DNA from: Bacillota bacterium
Lineage (GTDB): Bacteria; Bacillota; Clostridia; TANB77; CAG-508
Assembly (NCBI GenBank): GCA_963929915.1
Contig: CAWVJY010000002.1
Span: 17,798-81,797, forward strand
Reading direction: 5' to 3'
DNA: 64,000 nt
Position numbers and translations under genes: made by a program. Numbering within the stretch: the stretch's first letter is position 1; each line of letters opens with the position of its first letter. Under the pieces are notes generated by a model. It was given only the letters and a program-made list of their open reading frames with translations, did no database searches and was not told the DNA's origin. Positions 58,184 to 64,000 of this stretch are shown piece after piece.

Positions 58184-59801
58184 CTACTCTTTTTCTACAG
58201 TAATAATTTGATATACAAATCCTCTATATTTTGGTCTAATTTTCTTTCTTGCTATTTCTTTTAAATCATATTTTTCTGCCATTTCATTGTACCACTCTAA
58301 TCCTTCATGGTCAATTAAAATCATTCTGCCATGATAATCATCTAAAAAATCTTCCTCAAAAGTAATTTTTAGTGGTGGACTATAGTTTTCAAAAGGTGTT
58401 ACATCATGGTTTGGATCTATGTGATATAAATACCAATTATATTCTGGCATCTGTACAAAAATATTACTTGCATGGAAATAATCCTGATATAAAATCATAT
58501 CTCCTTCTTTATATTGTTCTTGAATATAGCGAACTTCTTCTCCATTAGTAGAATCATAATTTTCTTCTATAATAATACTATTATTATATATACTCAAACC
58601 TAGAATAATCATTACTACAATACTAGAAATAATTTTCTGGTGTTTGGTGGAATTGCTAAATAAGAAATAGGCAAATGGGAAAAGAATAATTCCACTTGTA
58701 ATTAACATATAACGATAATACATAATTGGTCTTATTAGCACAGTAACAATTAACATGGAAAAGAAAAGAATAAAATGTACTAATAAGCAATACCAAATAA
58801 TAGTTAAATTCTTTTTTTGTTTTTTATGGCAAATAATCTGGTAAATTAAGTAGCTGTACATAATAATTGTAAAAATGGTACTAATAGTAACACTTAATCT
58901 TCCATTAAATTGTACTCCTAAAGGTGCTGCTATAGAATCTGTCCAGTTAAATGGAATCCAATAAGACTGACTTACTTTTCCGTGCTTGTGTTAGAAATAC
59001 AAATAGCCATGGTAAATAGCCTATAATTTCTACAATTGCTGCAAATAAAAATCTAAAAATATATTTCTTTTTTAACTTTTTCTTTTGTATTAGAAAATCT
59101 TCATAAGAAGTATAGTATGGTATTTTTTCTTCATACATTTTTTGTGAAAATAAAATATGTAGTAATAACAAGCCATTCATGATGGCGACTGCTACTAGTC
59201 CATAGTAATGGCAATGGGCAGCGCATAAGCTAGCTATAGCAAACAAAAGCCAATTTCTCTTTTTTTCTTGTTTGATACTTCTGTAAGCATATATGCCAGA
59301 TAAAGTAGTAAATAGCATAGTCCAACTATACATTCTAATTTCCATTCCGTACATTGCCATAAATGGAAGGAATAGCATAAAAAAGGAAAAGGCTAACCCT
59401 ACTTTTGGTCCAAAATCTTTACGAATATGAGTAAATCCTAAAATTCCTATTAAAATCCCTGCTGATACAGAAAATAGCCTAGCTACTAAAATGGAGTTTC
59501 CAAAAATACAATTAACTGCTTTTAATAATAAATAATATAAAACAGGATGAACATCATTGCTATCAATACGAATAATGTCACTAATATCATGGGAAACTAG
59601 AGCTATGGTATAACTTTCATCAAACCATACCTCTGTGTGAAATGCTCCCAATAGAATAAAGATGCTACCTAATATGATAATTAAAATATGGAACCATTTT
59701 GATACTATAATATTTTCTATTTTACTTTTGTTATTACTTTGTTGTTTTTGTGTAGCTTCTTCTTTTTGCTTTCTTTTTGCTAGCTTTTCTTCTTTCTTCA
59801 T
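58184..59801 (-). CDS. PMT_2/GT39-like (ArnT-type) membrane glycosyltransferase, split near 58861-58947
   Basis: WFDESYT...SNDVHPVLYY motif, polytopic membrane, C-terminal soluble domain. Two ORFs in different frames. Confidence 0.65.
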
Positions 59802-59925
59802 TATTTTCCCCTTATTTTTTGTTACTATGTTTTCTATTTGTGTTGTTCTTCTATGGTATTGTTTTTATTTTATTTTTTTAACTTTTTACTTTTTTACCTT
59901 TTTATCTTTCTACTTTTTTATCTTT

Positions 59926-61603
59926 CTACTTTTTCTCTACTAAACTAATATAATATTGATAGCCATGATATTCTGTGGAAAAGTGGTCTTGCTTAATTAA
60001 TTTAAGGTTTTCTCCATAACGTTCTGACATTTCTCTATAAATGTTATAATTTCCTCCATCAATAACCCAAATTCTGCCATAATAGTCATCTAAACCCTCT
60101 AATGTTTTTATGGTTTTCATATTTTTACCAAAAGCTTGGTAAGCAGGTTCTACATTCCAATAATCTCCATCAAAAAAGCAGTTTGCAATATCTGGTAATT
60201 GCATACTAAGTACAAATCCATTACCTGTATTGCCAAATAAAAGAAGGTCATCTTGTTGTAAATCTTGTTTCACATATTCTAAAGGCTTGCTATTGGTTGG
60301 TCCATAATTCATGGTACTTACATTGTAATTTACAAAAATTGCTGTAATTAAGGTAAGAATACAAATAAGAATGGTTAATATTTTCTTGCCACCTTTTATC
60401 ATAAAAAATGCCATAAAGAATATGAAGATTCCTGTTAAATTTAAGAAATATCTAGCATATAAAATAGGTACTTTTAAAGAAATAATGAAAATACAAATAA
60501 CCACAATGGCATATACACCAATGGCAAATAATCCTGGTTTGTTACTTTTTCTATGTTTTACTATTGCATAAATCATAGTGCCAATTGCATAGGCAAGTAA
60601 AATAATACTAAAAGTAAGTGCTAACTCTTGTTTTAAAAATATAGTATCTAGATTTCCTGTAAATTGAAAAGTTAAAATTTGTAGCCATACTTCTATAGAA
60701 GGAGTTTGTATCCAAAATCCTTTTGATACAGTTTGGAATTGTGCTAATAAATAAATGAGCCATGGTAAATATAAAGCTATTTGTATAATAGCAGAAGCAA
60801 TAAAACATTTTAAGTTTAAAATATTGAATTTGCTTTTTTCTGTTATGGTTTTGTTTTCAGATTGTTTTTTATGTATTTTTATTTGATTTATAATGAAATA
60901 GATAAATAATGCTAAATTAATAATTCCTGCAGTTGCTAGACCATAATAATGGGTATAACTAGCTGTTAAGCTAAAAACGGCAAATAAAACCCAATTTTTA
61001 TAAAATCCCTTTGGCTTAGTTATTTTCTTTTTCTCTTTTTCTGTTTGATTATTTTGAGCTTTTGTTTTTTCTTCTTCTGTTAGTTTTTCTTGTGGTTGAA
61101 GGCTATTTTTATAAATTCTATAAGCATAAATTGCCATTAAGCTTACAAGTAACATTGCCCAAGTGTACATTCTAATTTCTCCTGAATATACACACATAAT
61201 TGGCAAAAAAAACCACGAAAAAGGAAAAAAGTAAGCCTACTTTTTCTCCAAAATCTTTTCTAATATGAGTATAGCCCAATATTCCTAATATAGCAATTGG
61301 AATCATGGATAATATTCTATAAATATAAATATTAGGTCCAAATAATAAATAAACAATATGTAAAATCCAATAATATAGCACAGGATGAACATCATTGCTT
61401 CCTATTGACCAAATATCAGCAAAGCTCTTATTGGCCATTCCAACAGAATAGCTTTCATCAAACCATAAGTTTTGGTGAAAGATAGGAATACTAATAAAAA
61501 TAATACCTAATAAAATAATAGCAATATGAATATATTTTAAATTTTTTTCTTGCTTTAAATTATGTTCTTTATTTGGTATTTCTGTTACTTTACCCTTTTT
61601 CAT
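59926..61603 (-). CDS. PMT_2/GT39-like membrane glycosyltransferase paralog, split near 61172-61206
   Basis: WFDESYS...SNDVHPVLYY motif. Same architecture as 58184-59801. Two overlapping ORFs in different frames. Confidence 0.65.
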
Positions 61604-61768
61604 GTAAAAAATTCTCCTCTTTTTATTTTTTATTTTTTGTATTTTATATGTTTTTTCATTTATTTATATATTTTTATATTTTATACTTTCATATTTTCTG
61701 CATGTTTTTTATTCTTTTGCATTATATCATTATTATATTCTATTGTCTAGATTCTTTTAGGATGAAAA

Positions 61769-61928
61769 TGTCAATGGGGACGGAGAATTTTGACCATTTC
61801 ATTAAAAGTTGTCAAAATTCTCCGTCCCCACTGACAAAGAGGAGAAAACCTCTTATAAATGTTCCTGTAAAGGAGTGTCCCTGTTGGCTGATTTTCGACC
61901 AATAAGGACCGTCCCTATTGGCTGATTT
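61769..61928. repeat. GGGGACGG-family cluster: inverted pair of type A units plus type C units
   Basis: TGTCAATGGGGACGGAGAATTTTGAC (61769-61794) and TTGTCAAAATTCTCCGTCCCCACTGACA (61809-61836), then GGAGTGTCCCTGTTGGCTGATTTTCGACCAATAAGGACCGTCCCTATTGGCTGA. Confidence 0.9.
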
Positions 61929-63149
61929 CACGAATAGCAATTTTTCTAACATGCTCGATTTTATCCCAACTAGTATCACGTTTAAATAAACATTTAAAGT
62001 TAATTGCAAGCCATGAGCCTAAGAATAAAGGATAACATAATAGTCCTTTTATCATTGGTTTAATTGGTCTTTTATCTAACAACATAATTAAAACTGCTGT
62101 TCCTATTGGTAAAAGGAATGTTGGTATTACATATCTCAAAATATTTAAAGTTAACTCTGCACTTGTCATTCCTTGTCCTGCATACATAACAAAATTTAAA
62201 AATAGTAATACTAATGTTGCCACAAACATTGGAATACTTCCAATAATGTACAAGAATCCATCAAAATTCATCATAGTTTTGTGTTCTTTAATTGCTAAGG
62301 CTAATGGTTTTGTGTATTCTTTGATACATTGTATATGACCAACTGTCCATCTTGTTCTTTGTTTCCAACTTTGTTTAAATCCTAATGGTTGTTCATCATA
62401 AACAATCGCATCTGCTGCCCAACCTAATTTTTTTCCTTTTATAATTCTTTTTAAAGAAAATTCAATATCTTCTGTTAATGTTTTTGTATTCCAACCTTCT
62501 GGTTTAATTACATCAAATTTTACCATGAATCCAGTACCATTAATAAGTGGTGATAATCCTACATTGTATCTAGCTAAATGGTAGAAACGGTTCATAGTCC
62601 AATAGAAAATAGTATATCCTGCTGTAATCCAGTTATCTGTTGGATTTTTGATATCTCTATATCCTTGTACTACATCTTCCCCTTGGCAAAGTTTTTTATT
62701 CATGTTTTTAATAAAATCTTCATGTACAATATTATCTGCATCAAAAATGCAAAATGCATCATAAGGTGCATCTTCTTCAATTTTTTGTGCTAAAAACCAG
62801 TTTAAAGCATAACCTTTTGTTTTCTTTTCTGGGTCAAATCTTTCATACACAATAGCACCTGCATTTCTTGCTACTTCTGCAGTACGGTCTGTACAATTAT
62901 CTGCAATAACATAAATATCTAGTAATTCCTTTGGATAGTTTTGCTTTTTTAAACTTTCTATTAATTCTGTTACAACATTTTCTTCGTTATGTGCTGGAAT
63001 AATTGCCATAAAACGATGATTTTTTTTCTACTAATAATGGCTTATCTTTTAGGTTTTACTAATGAACAAATACTAATTGCTAATTGGTATAACCAAAATA
63101 TAGTAATAATCCACACTAAAGCTTGTTGTAGAATGTATAGATATTCCAT
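61915..63149 (-). CDS. GT2-family processive-type glycosyltransferase, 5' region frameshifted (63010-63060)
   Basis: AIIPAHNEE, DADN, QGYR and QR.RW (QRTRWTVG) motifs plus C-terminal TM helices. The N-terminal TM segment MEYLYILQQALVWIITIFWLYQL from ATG 63149 is in other frames, separated by A-run indels. Confidence 0.8.
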
Positions 63150-63274
63150 TTCTTCTCTCCTTTTTTAATTCCTTTACTTTTCTATTGTATGCTTGTTTTC
63201 TTCACAATATTAATTATACTATTTCCTTTTCTTTTTTGCAACTATTATTTTTAACTTCATAAAATCTTAATGTC

Positions 63275-64000
63275 TTAATTTTCACTTGTAGTAGAAACCT
63301 CTAAATCCCTCATATTTAAATTAATTCTGCCTTGGTCATCAATATCTGAAACTTTAACTGTTACTTCGTCTCCAATAGAAAGTACATCTTCTACCTTTTC
63401 CCACTCTTTTATGAGAAATTTTAGAAATGTGTAATAATCCTCCATTACCACCACCTAAGTCAATAAATGCTCCAACTGGCATAATTCTCGGTAACAGTTC
63501 CCTCATAAATTCCGCCTACTTCAATTACTTTAGCAACTTCTAAAATCATATCCATTGCTTTTTGAGCATTAGCTGTATCTGTAGAGTAAACAAATACTTT
63601 TCCATCTTCTTCGATGTCAATTTTTACACCAGTTTCTTCAATAATTTTATTAATCATTTTTCCACCAGGTCCAATAACATCCTTAATTTTTTCTGTATGA
63701 ATCGTTGTGGTCATAATTTTTGGTGCATATTTTGAAATTTCTGCTCTTGGTTTACTAATAACTGGTAGCATTACATTGTCTAAAATATAGTCTCTTGCTA
63801 CTTTTGTTCTTTCAAAAGCTTCTTTAATAATGTCATAAGTTAAACCATCTATTTTAATATCTACTTGAATAGCAGTAATACCATCTTTGGTTCCACCTAC
63901 TTTAAAGTCCATATCTCCAAAGAAGTCTTCAATTCCTTGAATATCTGTAAGCATAATATATCTATTTGGATCATTTTTATCTGTTATAAGTCCTGTTGAG
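63275..64000 (-). CDS. pnp: polynucleotide phosphorylase, 3' part (gene continues beyond the window), 2 apparent frameshifts
   Basis: [24 protein letters not shown] (PH domain 2), KH domain ([16 protein letters not shown]). The S1 domain ([25 protein letters not shown]... / [28 protein letters not shown]) is readable only after two frame changes near 63400-63470. Confidence 0.88.

Overview
Visibly AT-rich, Firmicutes/Clostridia-like chromosomal segment; almost all genes are on the minus strand. Recognisable content: housekeeping genes (trpS, rplU-rpmA, a SigK-like sporulation sigma factor, thrS with a T-box leader, trxA-trxB, typA, cmk, pnp), a cadC-HMA-cadA metal-efflux operon, a P-type Ca-ATPase, two tRNAs (Leu-CAA, Gly-UCC), a nested pair of IS30-like elements, and a cell-envelope glycan locus of about 18 kb (44.8-63.1 kb: LCP, wecB/wecC, Wzx, Wzy-GT fusion, several GTs, two PMT_2-like paralogs). 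The main find is a complete diversity-generating retroelement (DGR) at 22.5-26.6 kb. Its 140-nt template repeat (TR, 23048-23187) and the variable repeat (VR, 25349-25488) at the 3' end of its target gene differ at 20 positions, and all 20 are adenines of the sense-strand TR. The cassette also has a DGR-type reverse transcriptase, an Avd-like gene and a small MutS-domain-I-like accessory ORF. The target protein has a prepilin-like N-terminus and an FGE/C-type-lectin-fold C-terminus. A second signal is a dispersed family of intergenic repeats sharing a GGGGACGG/GGGAC core at 7-8 loci, which repeatedly abut or supply stop codons of neighbouring genes. Third, at least 12 genes, some normally essential, carry apparent frameshifts. 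This points to indel errors in the assembly, or less likely to genome decay. Several small GC-rich islets and unexplained structured or palindromic intergenic segments are also reported. All calls come from manual reading and motif recall; no database search was possible.
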